Shown piece after piece: positions 34,030 to 45,214 of a stretch of DNA of 64,000 nt. Where the stretch lies: assembly GCA_020184695.1 (NCBI GenBank), contig JAANOX010000069.1, positions 248,001-312,000 on the forward strand, read 5' to 3'. Position 1 is the stretch's first letter. Each line of letters starts with the position of its first letter. The notes under the pieces were generated by a model, which was not told where the DNA came from, did no database searches, and saw only the letters and a program-made list of their open reading frames with translations. Origin of the DNA: Histomonas meleagridis 2922-C6/04-290x (lineage: Eukaryota > Protista > Parabasalia). A program made the position numbers and the translations under genes.

Positions 34030-35160
34030 ATGAATGATGAATCCAGCAAACAAAGGAGAACTACGAAGAGACCTTGCGCAACAAAAAGTTCCCTTTCTTT
34101 TTTGTTACAGTCAAATGATTTCCCAAAATCTTCAGAAAAATGGACACTTTCTTCGCTAAGTGTTCATCTCCAAAATAAACAACATTTAGAAAAGCAAGAA
34201 GTAATAGATTTGCTGAATAGACAAATCGATCTTCTGCAACAGATTAAATCTAAATTTGATCAATCATTTCGTTCGCTAGAGGAAGCATGCCAAAGAAAAC
34301 ACGGAATTACATATATTTTGCCAAATAGAAAAGTTACATTCGAAACTGAAGAAAACTTTTCACCAATTCCATTTCAATTCCTTGCTCCTCAACCTGCTTT
34401 CAGTCATGCCAAACCACAAACTTCACTTGCACGCAGTCATCAGAAACGCACCAATGATTCTGCATATTCAGAACCTGTTCGACCAATGAATTCATCAACA
34501 ATATGGAATAATGTTAACAGATTTTTTACAGTCACTCCACGAGTCGAAACTCTACAGAAATTTCTTCAACCTACAGAACTACCGGACACTAAAGTTCCGA
34601 TGGGAGCACATTATTCAATTGCTATCAACCAACGGCTCAAACAGAAGTACAAAAATGGAAATGTTCAACTCAGACTTCCATCATTAGTCATATCACAGAA
34701 TGCAGAAGGCACACAATCGGATATTTTTCACAGATTATTATCGGCATTTGTAGAATGCAAACCTCCTCCTACTCCGCCGACACATCCACCGCCTCAAGAA
34801 ATAGAAGAAGACGAAGTTTCACAGTTTCCAGATAATTATTTCGGGACAAGCCCATATTCACATTTGTCGATTGAACAGAAAATAACAGTCGAGATCAAAG
34901 CACTGGGGCTAATACCAGAAAATACCGGATCAAGACTTACAGATAATGAAGTTATGAAAGATATTGTTGAGAAAACTCAAGAATTAAAAGAAGTTATCGA
35001 GAGAAATAACAAAGCGAAACTGAAAATACTTCAGGTTTTACAGAGTAAAGAGGAAATGCTGATGAAAAGAGAAGAAAGAGCAAAACAATGGAGTACTATA
35101 TCAACTAAACCTGAGGTGGCCCCAAGGAAGGAACATAAGAAGCCAAAGAAATCAAGGTGA
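34030..35160 (+). CDS. ADA3: SAGA complex subunit Ada3/NGG1-like
   Basis: IWNNVNRFF, VPMGAHYS, HRLLSAFVE, EQKITVEIKALGL, DNEV...QELKEVIERN match Ada3 blocks; first ATG 34030. Confidence 0.7.
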   Translation: MNDESSKQRRTTKRPCATKSSLSFLLQSNDFPKSSEKWTLSSLSVHLQNKQHLEKQEVIDLLNRQIDLLQQIKSKFDQSFRSLEEACQRKHGITYILPNRKVTFETEENFSPIPFQFLAPQPAFSHAKPQTSLARSHQKRTNDSAYSEPVRPMNSSTIWNNVNRFFTVTPRVETLQKFLQPTELPDTKVPMGAHYSIAINQRLKQKYKNGNVQLRLPSLVISQNAEGTQSDIFHRLLSAFVECKPPPTPPTHPPPQEIEEDEVSQFPDNYFGTSPYSHLSIEQKITVEIKALGLIPENTGSRLTDNEVMKDIVEKTQELKEVIERNNKAKLKILQVLQSKEEMLMKREERAKQWSTISTKPEVAPRKEHKKPKKSR

Positions 35161-36004
35161 ATATATTTTATATTATTGTAAAAGATAATTTGTAAGATAA
35201 AAATGTTTTTTAACAAAGTTTTGACGTTTAAAAAAACGTTTACAATAAAATTCCGGTGATAAACGATCAAACCAAACTCAATTTTCATTTACGATTTTGA
35301 GTTGTTTTTAATCAAAAAACAACAAAAAAGTGCTCAATTTGGGGCGCTCCAACACAAAATTTTCAATGTTATATATTAAATTTTTTTAAATCAAAATTTT
35401 CTTGCAATAACAAGTGAACTATCTTTATATTTAATAGCAATTTGATAACAACCTATTACACAAATTGTGAAATAATTTATGGATGATTTTGATGCATCAA
35501 AAAAAATCTTTTTTTCCGAAATCATAACTTTTTTCTTACTTTTTACATTTAAATTTGGAAATTAATAGCATTAAAGAGACTAAGAAGACTCTTTTAAAAT
35601 GTAAATGAGGAACTCCTTCTATGTGAATGGAATTTTTTTTTGTGAATCATCGTTTTTTCCTTCGACGGTTATTCTAACAAAAAAAATGAATGAGCAATTA
35701 TTTGAATGCGATGTGATCGTATACCATTCAATAACATAATGAAGTCCAGAAGGAAAAACATAAAATCGCTTATTTTTACTTCCCAATAAAAAATCAGTTA
35801 TTATCTCATTTGTAAAACATCAGGTATGAAATTTTATAAGATCATTTTATAAAAATTTTTGAAATTTGATGAGATATTTTATTTTTTATAATTTCGCAAA
35901 TTCGGTTTTTCTGCGTGTAAACCAATGAAAACCGATTTGTGATGTTAATCAGTCGGTTGATACAACTGTTGATTCTCATTCAAATAACTATGTACCTAGG
36001 TTTT

Positions 36005-36011
36005 AACGGTT
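36005..36011 (+). promoter_or_regulatory. Trichomonad Myb-type core promoter motif (RRCSGTT)
   Basis: AACGGTT 60 nt upstream of ATG 36071; the same consensus precedes ORFs at 41702 (41678, 41689), 49534 (49504), 55850 (55873-55879, minus) and 60188 (60215-60221). Confidence 0.45.
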
Positions 36012-36070
36012 TTACTGATCAAAAAAGATGTCAGCGGTTTATTGAGTGAAAAAAATTTACCAAAAAATAG

Positions 36071-39000
36071 ATGCCTGGTAAAACCAACAAATATATAGCA
36101 TTTATACGACAATCCGAACCAGCCATTGTACAAGTTGACTCATTCATTACGAATTTAACAGCTCAAGAAATTCAAACCAAACTGAAACTTAATGATGAAA
36201 TTTTGGGAATAACAACTCCTTTATATAGAGAAGTTATTCCAGAAGACTGCGTTATAGAAAATAAATTTCCAGACATTTTACTCTCTGAAAGACCTGCTCG
36301 ATATTTACGTCCGAGTTATTATGTTTCAATCTTACCAAAAGATTCCGAAAATATTTTTACCATATTTGTCAATGTAAAGATACCTGAAGGCATAGAAATA
36401 CCACCAGTTGAAATGTCATTTAACAAATCAGAATTTAAAACATGTTCCGATTTCAATAAATACATAATCTCGAATTTTCCTTTCCAACATAGTAACCCAA
36501 CCCTAACAATCAACAACGAGCCATTAAAAATGGACGAACCTCCAACTGATTTATTTTCAATTCTCAAAAAGACTCCACTTACATTCAATTGCACACTCGA
36601 TCCCAAAGAACTCAACACCATTCATAAGCGAGTGAATGTATTGACCGAAATTCAAACGACCGAAGAGAAATACATTGATGGTCTCCAAGTCATTATCAAG
36701 TATTGGGTGCCCAATGTCCGCGATTTAAAGGTTTTTACAGATGCAGAACTTCATTTAGTGTTCCATGACTTTCCAACAATGATTCGGTATCATCAGCAAT
36801 TTCTCGAAAATCTTAAAGCGCGTGGCACTACGTACAGCGCGATGCTATCCGATGTCTTTCTAGACTTTGCTGCCTTCTTTAAAGTTTCGTTAGGGTACAT
36901 TTCTAACTATTCCACGATCATCAAATTGATATTAGAAAAGTCGAAGCAAAAAGACTTTTCCATCAAAATGCTTGAGCTCGCCACTAATAATCCATATGGC
37001 AAAGGTGAGCTTCAATCATATTTAATCACTCCCGTTCAACGCATGCCGCGATACATATTGTTTTTGACAGAGCTCTTAAAAGTTACACCAGTATCACATC
37101 CGGACTCAGCCATGTTAAGTGCCGCCACACTTAAACTCGAAGAAGTTACATTCCAAATTGATCAAGCGTCATATGCAGCTCAAAATTCGGAAAAATTATT
37201 AACGATACAAAATCGATTAATATCACATTTCGAAGTTGTTAAGCCATCGCGAGTATTGGTTATGACAATACCAATCGAAATACGGAAGCCGACGGTGAAA
37301 AATGGATTTATATATTTGTTTAATGACATGATATTAATCACGAAAGAGTATAAAAATGGACTAAAAGTTGTCCATAGTGAAAACCCATCAACATTTCGTT
37401 ATGCGACGAAGAACTCAGAACAAGAATGGAATATAATGGTACCACGGAAACGTAACAAATTTGTTTTATATACGTTCAGCATTGTTAATCCTGACTTACG
37501 GAAAGAATTAATAGCGAAACTTAATGAAATGAAAGAAACATATTGTAAGAAAGAGCCGAACAAAATCTTTAAGTTCTCGTTAATTTCAGGGTTAAAAGAT
37601 GTACCGAATTTATTTGGGCATTGTTCGGTATATATTAACAATAGTATCTTTGTCTTTTGTGGACAACAAAACAGTGAAAAAGGGAACGATAAAATCCTTG
37701 AGTTTAATGAGGATTTCACCGAATTAATATCACAACGACAATCACCAATACCACTTCGTACATGTGTATCATTAAGTCTTTGTGATAACTTTGTATATAT
37801 CTTTGGCGGACGTAAAGGGAATGACTTATATAATAACCTTTATGGATTCGATATATATACAAACGAAATCAAAGAAATTACAGCAAATAATCCGCCAAAG
37901 CCTGTCTATGGTCACACGTCGAATTTTTATAATGAAAACTCAAAGTTATATATCTTCGGTGGAATGATATCACGGAAACGTTCGACAAATGAAATGTATA
38001 CATTCGATACAAATACATTCCAATGGGAACAAATTAAAAACCCGTCAGGAAATGTTCCTCCTTCATTAGCTCATCATTCGGCAACAATTGTCGGTAAACA
38101 TATATTCGTTCATGGCGGAATAGTTGGGAAACATCCGTCTTCTGGTACTTATATTTATGATATAACGAAAAACGAATGGTCATGTCCGAAGTTAACAGGA
38201 GATAAACCTTTGCCACGAGCTATGCATAGAGCAGTTTTAGTCGGACAATTCATTGTTATCATTGGAGGAACTGACTCACAACAAATTATGCCGCCAGCTG
38301 TGTTGGACACAAAGCAAATGAAATATTCATTGTGGACTGGTGAGTTCGACGATTCGAACGCATTGACTTTGTTTTCGATGTGTTACGTCAATAAGAAATT
38401 ATGGATTTATGGAGGAAGAGATATATATACAAATAAGGCTTCGAATTGTATATACACAACAACTTTGCCAAATGTAATATCAGAAGGAATAAGAAGAAAT
38501 AGAAAAAGATATAACGTGAAGGAGTTGCAGGGACTCAAGGCGCAGGCAAACATGCTGACAGCGTTGACAGCTGGATCGAAGTCTTTCAGCGGAAATTTGG
38601 ATACACTGACTGAAGAAGAAGAAACTTCAGACGCGACTAAGTCTTCTTCTGCTGCTGCTACGCCGTCAAGATCAATATCACTTGTCAATAATTTGAACAA
38701 AACAAAAAATGAACAACAAATCGAAAAAACTGACAAAGAAAAAACTAACGAGGACGTTAAGATAGATATAAAGGAGGACGTTAAAGCAGAAACTAAAGAA
38801 GACGTTAAGACAGAAACAAAGGAGGACGTTAAGACAGAAACAAAGGAGGACGTTAAAAAGGAAGTTAAGGAAAACGTTAAAACAGAAACAAAGGAGGATG
38901 TTAACAAGGAAAACGTTAAGACAGAGGTTAAGGGTGAAGCTAAAAAGGAAATCAAAACAGGAGTGTTCAGGGGAGTTGCTCAAATACAAGAAGTCAAGAA

Positions 39001-39499
39001 TGAGGTGAGGAAGCAACTGGGCCCGGCTCAACAAGTTCCTGCCAATCAAATCAAGGATACAATGAAAGGATTTGATGAAGATGCATTTTGCAAAGAACTT
39101 AAGATCAATCGCTCACTTCTCATTCAGTTCCAGCAGCGCGTTCTTACACGTAAGCTCTCTATGCTCTGGAGTAAGCGCGTTATAAATTCACAACTTCGCC
39201 AAGAAGTTGAAACGCTATATAACGAAATCAAAGAATCGACAGATGGTTCCAGCAAGTGCTTTAGCGCATATGTTAAGTTGTTATATCGTAACAAGGCATA
39301 TGTGACAAAGATCGATTCAAATGTATCAGTGGAACAGCTGAAGGAAATCATCGAAAAAAGAATCAATTGCAACGTAAACAAAATGTTTTGGGGATCTGGA
39401 TCAGACCAAAACGAAATAACAGACCAAAGCGTGCTCTTCGCAGCGTTTCGGCAGGTGGAAAAGTCAGCGCTTCCACACCTTCAAATATCTGTGCAATAA
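36071..39499 (+). CDS. RhoGEF (DH-PH) plus kelch-repeat protein
   Basis: KRVNVLTEIQTTEEKYI and LITPVQRMPRY (DH), PH-like segment, several VFGG/IFGG/HGG kelch blades, charged repeat, PB1/ubiquitin-like C-terminus. Confidence 0.9.
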   Translation: MPGKTNKYIAFIRQSEPAIVQVDSFITNLTAQEIQTKLKLNDEILGITTPLYREVIPEDCVIENKFPDILLSERPARYLRPSYYVSILPKDSENIFTIFVNVKIPEGIEIPPVEMSFNKSEFKTCSDFNKYIISNFPFQHSNPTLTINNEPLKMDEPPTDLFSILKKTPLTFNCTLDPKELNTIHKRVNVLTEIQTTEEKYIDGLQVIIKYWVPNVRDLKVFTDAELHLVFHDFPTMIRYHQQFLENLKARGTTYSAMLSDVFLDFAAFFKVSLGYISNYSTIIKLILEKSKQKDFSIKMLELATNNPYGKGELQSYLITPVQRMPRYILFLTELLKVTPVSHPDSAMLSAATLKLEEVTFQIDQASYAAQNSEKLLTIQNRLISHFEVVKPSRVLVMTIPIEIRKPTVKNGFIYLFNDMILITKEYKNGLKVVHSENPSTFRYATKNSEQEWNIMVPRKRNKFVLYTFSIVNPDLRKELIAKLNEMKETYCKKEPNKIFKFSLISGLKDVPNLFGHCSVYINNSIFVFCGQQNSEKGNDKILEFNEDFTELISQRQSPIPLRTCVSLSLCDNFVYIFGGRKGNDLYNNLYGFDIYTNEIKEITANNPPKPVYGHTSNFYNENSKLYIFGGMISRKRSTNEMYTFDTNTFQWEQIKNPSGNVPPSLAHHSATIVGKHIFVHGGIVGKHPSSGTYIYDITKNEWSCPKLTGDKPLPRAMHRAVLVGQFIVIIGGTDSQQIMPPAVLDTKQMKYSLWTGEFDDSNALTLFSMCYVNKKLWIYGGRDIYTNKASNCIYTTTLPNVISEGIRRNRKRYNVKELQGLKAQANMLTALTAGSKSFSGNLDTLTEEEETSDATKSSSAAATPSRSISLVNNLNKTKNEQQIEKTDKEKTNEDVKIDIKEDVKAETKEDVKTETKEDVKTETKEDVKKEVKENVKTETKEDVNKENVKTEVKGEAKKEIKTGVFRGVAQIQEVKNEVRKQLGPAQQVPANQIKDTMKGFDEDAFCKELKINRSLLIQFQQRVLTRKLSMLWSKRVINSQLRQEVETLYNEIKESTDGSSKCFSAYVKLLYRNKAYVTKIDSNVSVEQLKEIIEKRINCNVNKMFWGSGSDQNEITDQSVLFAAFRQVEKSALPHLQISVQ
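38747..38935 (+). repeat. Coding 24-nt tandem repeat (KEDVKTET-like, about 8 units)
   Basis: AAGGAGGACGTTAAGACAGAAACA units inside the RhoGEF ORF. Confidence 0.9.
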
Positions 39500-39979
39500 C
39501 TTATATAATTTCGATTTTTTGATAAATTGAAATGATTTTTCTTAAAAATTTACATTTCAAATTTTTGTTTAAATTTATTTACATTGCTGTAAAAAACCTG
39601 TGGTCCAACAGCTGGAAATGAAATAAATCATAAAATTTTATATAGTTTGTAAGCAAATAGAAATTTTAAATGTCCAAAAAACTTGTTTTTTGTGTTAACG
39701 TTCTCACAAGTGAAGTGAGTGAAAAATAGGATTATTGCGAAAAGTACAAATTAAATCTAAATGAAATTATTTGGTTAATATATTATTATATATGTGCTCC
39801 ATGTATAATGCTACATTATGTGCCTTAATTATTTTGAATCTCCATGTAGACTGATTTGTAACTGGATAAGTTATTGTTTTATATTTTAGGCACAAAATTT
39901 TTTACATTGAAGTTTCATGAAATTAAAATGTAAAAAACATTATGGGCAGTCTTTTTAGTGTTTCTTCAAGACAGGCTTG

Positions 39980-41623
39980 GGCAATGTTGGACAATTTCAA
40001 TTTACGGTTGTTGAAAAATGACCAATGTTGAAAAAAGTGCCAAAATAAAATTGAAAATTGATTACCCTGATGTCTTTCCAATTCGCGATTTTTACGACCG
40101 TTAAAAACCGTTTCTCTCAATATGAATACTTTCTGTCTGAAAGAAAATTAATGAATAAATGTTTTATTCATAGATTGACCAAGATTCTTGGATTATATTG
40201 GGTTGCAGGTGTTCCCATGCCCAAACCATGCATTGTGCTGCTTGTAATTTGGTAAATTTTTTTTCATTGTTTTGATTGTACTCTTTTCGAAACAGATAAC
40301 GTGCTGTAGCCTTCAAACACCCGAAGACCCTTCGATCTGATGGTTGAAATTCATCAGTCATACCGGGTGGTATGAAATATAATTTAATCTTCAGAGTTTC
40401 TGCCAAATCAATAATTGATTGACATTTGTGGGCTTTATATGAGTCAAGTAACAAATGTATAGGATCTTCGTCATTGAAGTGTTACCGGAGGAACAGTAAA
40501 TATTCATAAAACGTTTCCTCAGTGGTCCATCCGTTTTCTGAGTGGGTGGACATGTGAGGTGAAACATCACCAATTTGTGTTGTTTCTACAAGATCAGTCT
40601 TTTTCCTTTTGCTATAAAGTAAAGGGGAATTTTGGTTCCATCTGAACGTATGCTCGCCAGGACAGTTATCAGTGCTCTCGGTGAAGGATTTAAGTTGATC
40701 GATATTCCATCAGATCCTTTTTCTGCCCAAGTTACCATACCATTTGGAAAACACTTCCAGCATGTTTCATCCACATTGACAATTCTACTATGATCAACAG
40801 AAGTAAGAAGGTTTTGTATTGTTTCGATCCAATTAGATTTTTCTTTATCAGTCACATTTGGTCTCCTTTTAGGATGAAAAACGCTAGAAGAAATATGGTT
40901 TCTCTTTTTAAAATCTGCGATAAATTGGTGTGAAATTAAAAAATCTTTCGTTTCTTTAAAATTAGTTATATCTTGATATTTTGTTAGATATGCATTCATA
41001 GCGATTATTATGAAGTCTTCATTTAATAAATACATAACCTGGTTGTAAAAAACAACTGACAATAAAATCCTTAATTGATTGTTCTTCTATGTCTGTAAAT
41101 ATTCTATGACCACTTCCATGATCATTATTCCATGGTCACCAAGCAGGATTATGCTTTAATTTATCTTTCCAGGATCTTAGTGTGGAATCAGGAATTTTAC
41201 TTGTTTGTGCAATCTTAGAAATTCTTGGGTATCCTCTTGAAATTTGAGTTATAACACATTCGAGCATTGGCCTTTTTTTGTAATTCGTGTAGTCTTTATG
41301 AGGTTTTCCTGGAAATATATTGCTGTGCATTGTGGCCACACTAGGCCGTTTACTATTTTTTGAATACTATAAACGGTCGTAAAAATCGCGAATTGGAAAG
41401 ACATCAGGGTAATTTAATTAATTTTAAATTGAAAATTGGCCAATTTTCGAAATTGAATAAATTGGGAAAAGTGACAAACCGTAAATTACTCCGAAAAAGT
41501 TCGAAAATTGAAATAAAAATAACCGTAAATTGAAACCGCTCAATTTACGGTTCGATAAATTGAAATTAGCCAATTTTCAATTCACGGTTATCATAATTGG
41601 CCAATTCAATTTTCAACATTGCC
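39980..41623. mobile_element. Possible outer MITE-like element hosting the pogo insertion
   Basis: GGCAATGTTG at 39980-39989 and its reverse complement at 41614-41623; interior rich in AAATTG/CAATTT/TTTACGG/AACCGTAAATT subrepeats; no clear TSD. Confidence 0.4.
40065..41409 (-). mobile_element. Pogo/Tigger-like (DDE_1, Tc1-mariner superfamily) DNA transposon, 1345 bp, decayed transposase
   Basis: Perfect 38-bp TIRs (40065-40102, 41372-41409) flanked by TA; minus-strand HTH (IPDSTLRSW), VNVDET, LLDSYKAH, PPGMTDEFQPSD fragments broken by a stop and frameshifts. Confidence 0.92.
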
Positions 41624-41701
41624 TGCTTCAAGAATTATTAGTGTCACTTTCTTGTCTAATCTAAACGGGCTTTGGGTGGCCGTTTACTGGCCGTTTTCTA
41701 A

Positions 41702-44683
41702 ATGGAGGAAAAACAAAATATAAATGAAAAATACAATCTGACAGAAATTCATAATACACAATTACAAGAACAAGTTTCATCACTTACAAAAGAAAATATG
41801 TCACTAAAATCTCAATTTGAGGAGGCATTAAAATTAGTTCATAATGTTGATGAACTCGAAAATAAAAATCAAGAACTTTCTACAAAACTCTATGAAAAAC
41901 AAAGTGAAATTGATTTACTAAAACAAAAATATGATATTTGTTCAAAAGATAATCTTGATCTCAAAGAAAAACTTGACACTCAAATGAAAATCAATGTTGA
42001 AAGGTTGGAACAAAATCGTTCCCAAAAACAAAAAGAAACCATGAAATTAAAATCAAAATATGAAAATCAAATTAACAATTTATTTTCTCAACTCACTTCA
42101 CTCCAAAAATCAAATGAAGACAGCACACTTCGCGCTAAGGTGCAGTCATCCAAAATTAACAAATTATTATCATTTTTTAATTTTCTAAATAAAACAAATT
42201 ATCAAACCATTGATGAACTCATTAATTTCTACAGTAAAAACAGTAACTCAAAACCAACAAATGAAAATAAAGCCACTCAAAATAGTGAATATTTTCAAAA
42301 CAAACTTAAGAAAAAGCAAGAAAAAAACAATCATTACAAACAACTAATAGAAGAACTTTATTCCAAAATGCAAAAGCAAAAATCCGAAAACAGAATTTTA
42401 GATATTAATCGGCAACAACAAATATCAACACTTCAAATACAACTTAATGACTTAAAACAAGAAAAAACAACACTTACATCAACTTTAATGCAGCAAAAAT
42501 CGCATTACAAAACAAAAATCAATTCATTAAAACTTCAATTATCAGCAAAACAAAAAATTCCTTTAAAATCCGAACATGATCCAATAGTAACAAAACCAAT
42601 AAAACATAATAATAATAACAACGAAATTTCAAATAAAGAAAAAATTCATTTAATAACTGAACATGATAAAATATTAACAAACCCAGAAAAACATATTAAT
42701 AATAATAACGAAATTTTAATCGCTTTAAACAAAGAGTATAAACAGAAAATTAGCGAATTAGAAACAAAAATTATCGATTTGAATTCTCAAATTGAAGAAC
42801 AAAAACATAAAATGAAAACTGATGAACTTATACATAATGAAACAATTGAAGAAATGAAATCATTACGCGAAATTATTCGTAATCAAAATAATTCAACAAA
42901 AGAGGAAATACAATTACAAAATATAATTCAAGCAGAAAAAGTAAAAAATTTAACACTTTCGAACACAAACGAATATCTTAAACAAAAAATTTTAGAAATT
43001 ACAAATGAAAACGAAATTGTTAATAAAAAATTAAATGAACAAAACTTAAAAATTTTGGAATATGAACAAATGAAACAAGAACAAATGAATAAAATTAATG
43101 AACTTAATAATAAAATCATTTTTGAAAATGAGAAAAAAGAAAAATTAAAAACAAATGTTTCATCAATTGATGAAATTATATCAAATAATACATTTTTAAT
43201 AAATGATTTTGAACCAAAACTTTCAACAAATATAAAGAAAGTTATAATGAATCAATTAATACAACCTGAAACAAAACTAAAATTAACATTTGAATTAATC
43301 AAAAAGTTTTATGATAAAAAAATTAGAAAATTTGAAGAAAGCATAATAAAAATGAAAAAAGAAAACGAATTTTTAAGAAATAAATTTGAAAAATTTTTAG
43401 TTGAAATTTCTTTTGTATTATCAATCGGTAATATAACAATTGATGACGTTTTGAATAAAGAAAATAATGATTTATATCATAAAATTGTTGAACTTCAAAA
43501 TAAATATAATTTATTATGTTTAACAAATCAAAAAATGATTTCGAGTTTAGAGAATTTAAACGAAAATAATAATAAAAATGAATTCGAATTCGAAACTTTT
43601 GTCGCTAATATTAAAGCATTAAAACGAGAATTTAATAATGAAAAAGAAGAAAATTTGAAACAAAAGAAAAAAATAATAAAATTAACACAAACAATAAAAG
43701 AAAATAACAAACAAAAAGAAAATGAAATTAAAGAATATAAAAACGAAATTTCACAATTAAGAAATGAAAACGAAGAACTTTATCAATATAAAACATTAAC
43801 ACAACATCTTAAACAATATATAAACACAATGAAAAATGAATTTAATGAATATAAAACAACAAAAGAAAATTCGTATAAGTTAAAAATACAAAAATATGAA
43901 CAACAAATCGAAAATAATAAAATTAATCAAATGAAACTTGAAGACAAACTTAAAAAAGAAATAATTTCATTAACAAAACAATACTCAGAAACAACAACGA
44001 CATTAAATAACAACGAAATATTAATAAACAAAATGAAAGAAACAATTCATGATCAAAAACAATTAATAAATGAAAAAATGATCGAAATCGAAGAAGAAAT
44101 TAAACATTCGAAAGAAAACGAAAAAGTGATAAACGAAAAATTCAAAAAAGAAAAAGAAGAAATTATAAAAAATTATGAAAAAGTGTTTGTTGATATTAAA
44201 GAACAAAATAAAAATAACATCGAAGCAATTAATAAATCAATGATTGATCTTGAAAAAAGTTTGAAAAAATCGAAAAAACGAATTTTGCATCTTGAAAATG
44301 AAGTTTCTGTTGCTAATAAAGAAGTAGAAAATATAAAAGAACAAAACGAAAGAGAAAAGAAATTGTTAAATGCATCAAATAATGCATTGATTTTGGATAA
44401 AGATGCAAAATGTAATCAGAAAATTATCGAAATGAAAAAGAAATATGAAAAAGAAAAAAGAGAAATTTTCGCATTCGTAATTGAGGCATTTAAAGAGTTT
44501 TATGATCCGAAAACAAATTTCGATGAAAACGCTTTTAAAAAAGTCGTTGAACAAGCAAAACGAAACTTGAAAAGACTTTGTGATTCGGATGCAGCAATTC
44601 GAAGAATGATAAGCGCATCAGTAAATCAGCAAACAGAAGAAGCAGTGGCAAAAATTGTACTGGATAAGCAACTCGAAGATTAA
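41702..44683 (+). CDS. Long coiled-coil protein (993 aa)
   Basis: Uninterrupted K/E/Q/N-rich heptad-like ORF. Confidence 0.85.
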   Translation: MEEKQNINEKYNLTEIHNTQLQEQVSSLTKENMSLKSQFEEALKLVHNVDELENKNQELSTKLYEKQSEIDLLKQKYDICSKDNLDLKEKLDTQMKINVERLEQNRSQKQKETMKLKSKYENQINNLFSQLTSLQKSNEDSTLRAKVQSSKINKLLSFFNFLNKTNYQTIDELINFYSKNSNSKPTNENKATQNSEYFQNKLKKKQEKNNHYKQLIEELYSKMQKQKSENRILDINRQQQISTLQIQLNDLKQEKTTLTSTLMQQKSHYKTKINSLKLQLSAKQKIPLKSEHDPIVTKPIKHNNNNNEISNKEKIHLITEHDKILTNPEKHINNNNEILIALNKEYKQKISELETKIIDLNSQIEEQKHKMKTDELIHNETIEEMKSLREIIRNQNNSTKEEIQLQNIIQAEKVKNLTLSNTNEYLKQKILEITNENEIVNKKLNEQNLKILEYEQMKQEQMNKINELNNKIIFENEKKEKLKTNVSSIDEIISNNTFLINDFEPKLSTNIKKVIMNQLIQPETKLKLTFELIKKFYDKKIRKFEESIIKMKKENEFLRNKFEKFLVEISFVLSIGNITIDDVLNKENNDLYHKIVELQNKYNLLCLTNQKMISSLENLNENNNKNEFEFETFVANIKALKREFNNEKEENLKQKKKIIKLTQTIKENNKQKENEIKEYKNEISQLRNENEELYQYKTLTQHLKQYINTMKNEFNEYKTTKENSYKLKIQKYEQQIENNKINQMKLEDKLKKEIISLTKQYSETTTTLNNNEILINKMKETIHDQKQLINEKMIEIEEEIKHSKENEKVINEKFKKEKEEIIKNYEKVFVDIKEQNKNNIEAINKSMIDLEKSLKKSKKRILHLENEVSVANKEVENIKEQNEREKKLLNASNNALILDKDAKCNQKIIEMKKKYEKEKREIFAFVIEAFKEFYDPKTNFDENAFKKVVEQAKRNLKRLCDSDAAIRRMISASVNQQTEEAVAKIVLDKQLED

Positions 44684-45214
44684 TTTTTATTTGTAAATTT
44701 GTTTTTAAATTTTATCTTATTTTTAAAAATTCTTTTGTTAAGCAAAGATTTTCCACACACCGGAAAACCAAATTTTTATGTTGGAAAAAATGTTAAACAA
44801 GCATTTAATGTAAAGTGAAAAACAATAGAATTCTTTGGTTACTTATAAATCACAAATTATGGTTAAAAAATGTTACCGCCTAAGTGCCCTAAAGCCATTA
44901 CGAGGTGATAGGGGTATCATGGCGTTTAGATGTATGGACAACAAGCAAAGATTTGCCTTTGGCCACATTTGCGTGGCATTTCATATCATATGTCAGTATC
45001 CACACCACGAAACATTACACCCAGAATTTAAAGAGAGAATCAAAATATTAGAAAAATTGATTATTCATAAATTCGAGCTTTTTCCTTCCTGTTTTACATA
45101 TGTGTGCTTGTTTGTGATGTATGGCTACCATTCTAACTTTTAAGATACATATGCATAAATCAAGCTATATTTTGAATACTTAAAAGATCAAGAAAAATAT
45201 GATTGACAATATTG

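Noticed and set aside
44835-45143. 102-aa ORF and weak hairpin (CTAAAGCCAT...ATGGCGTTTAG)
   Set aside because: No recognisable domain or RNA family; the stem is short
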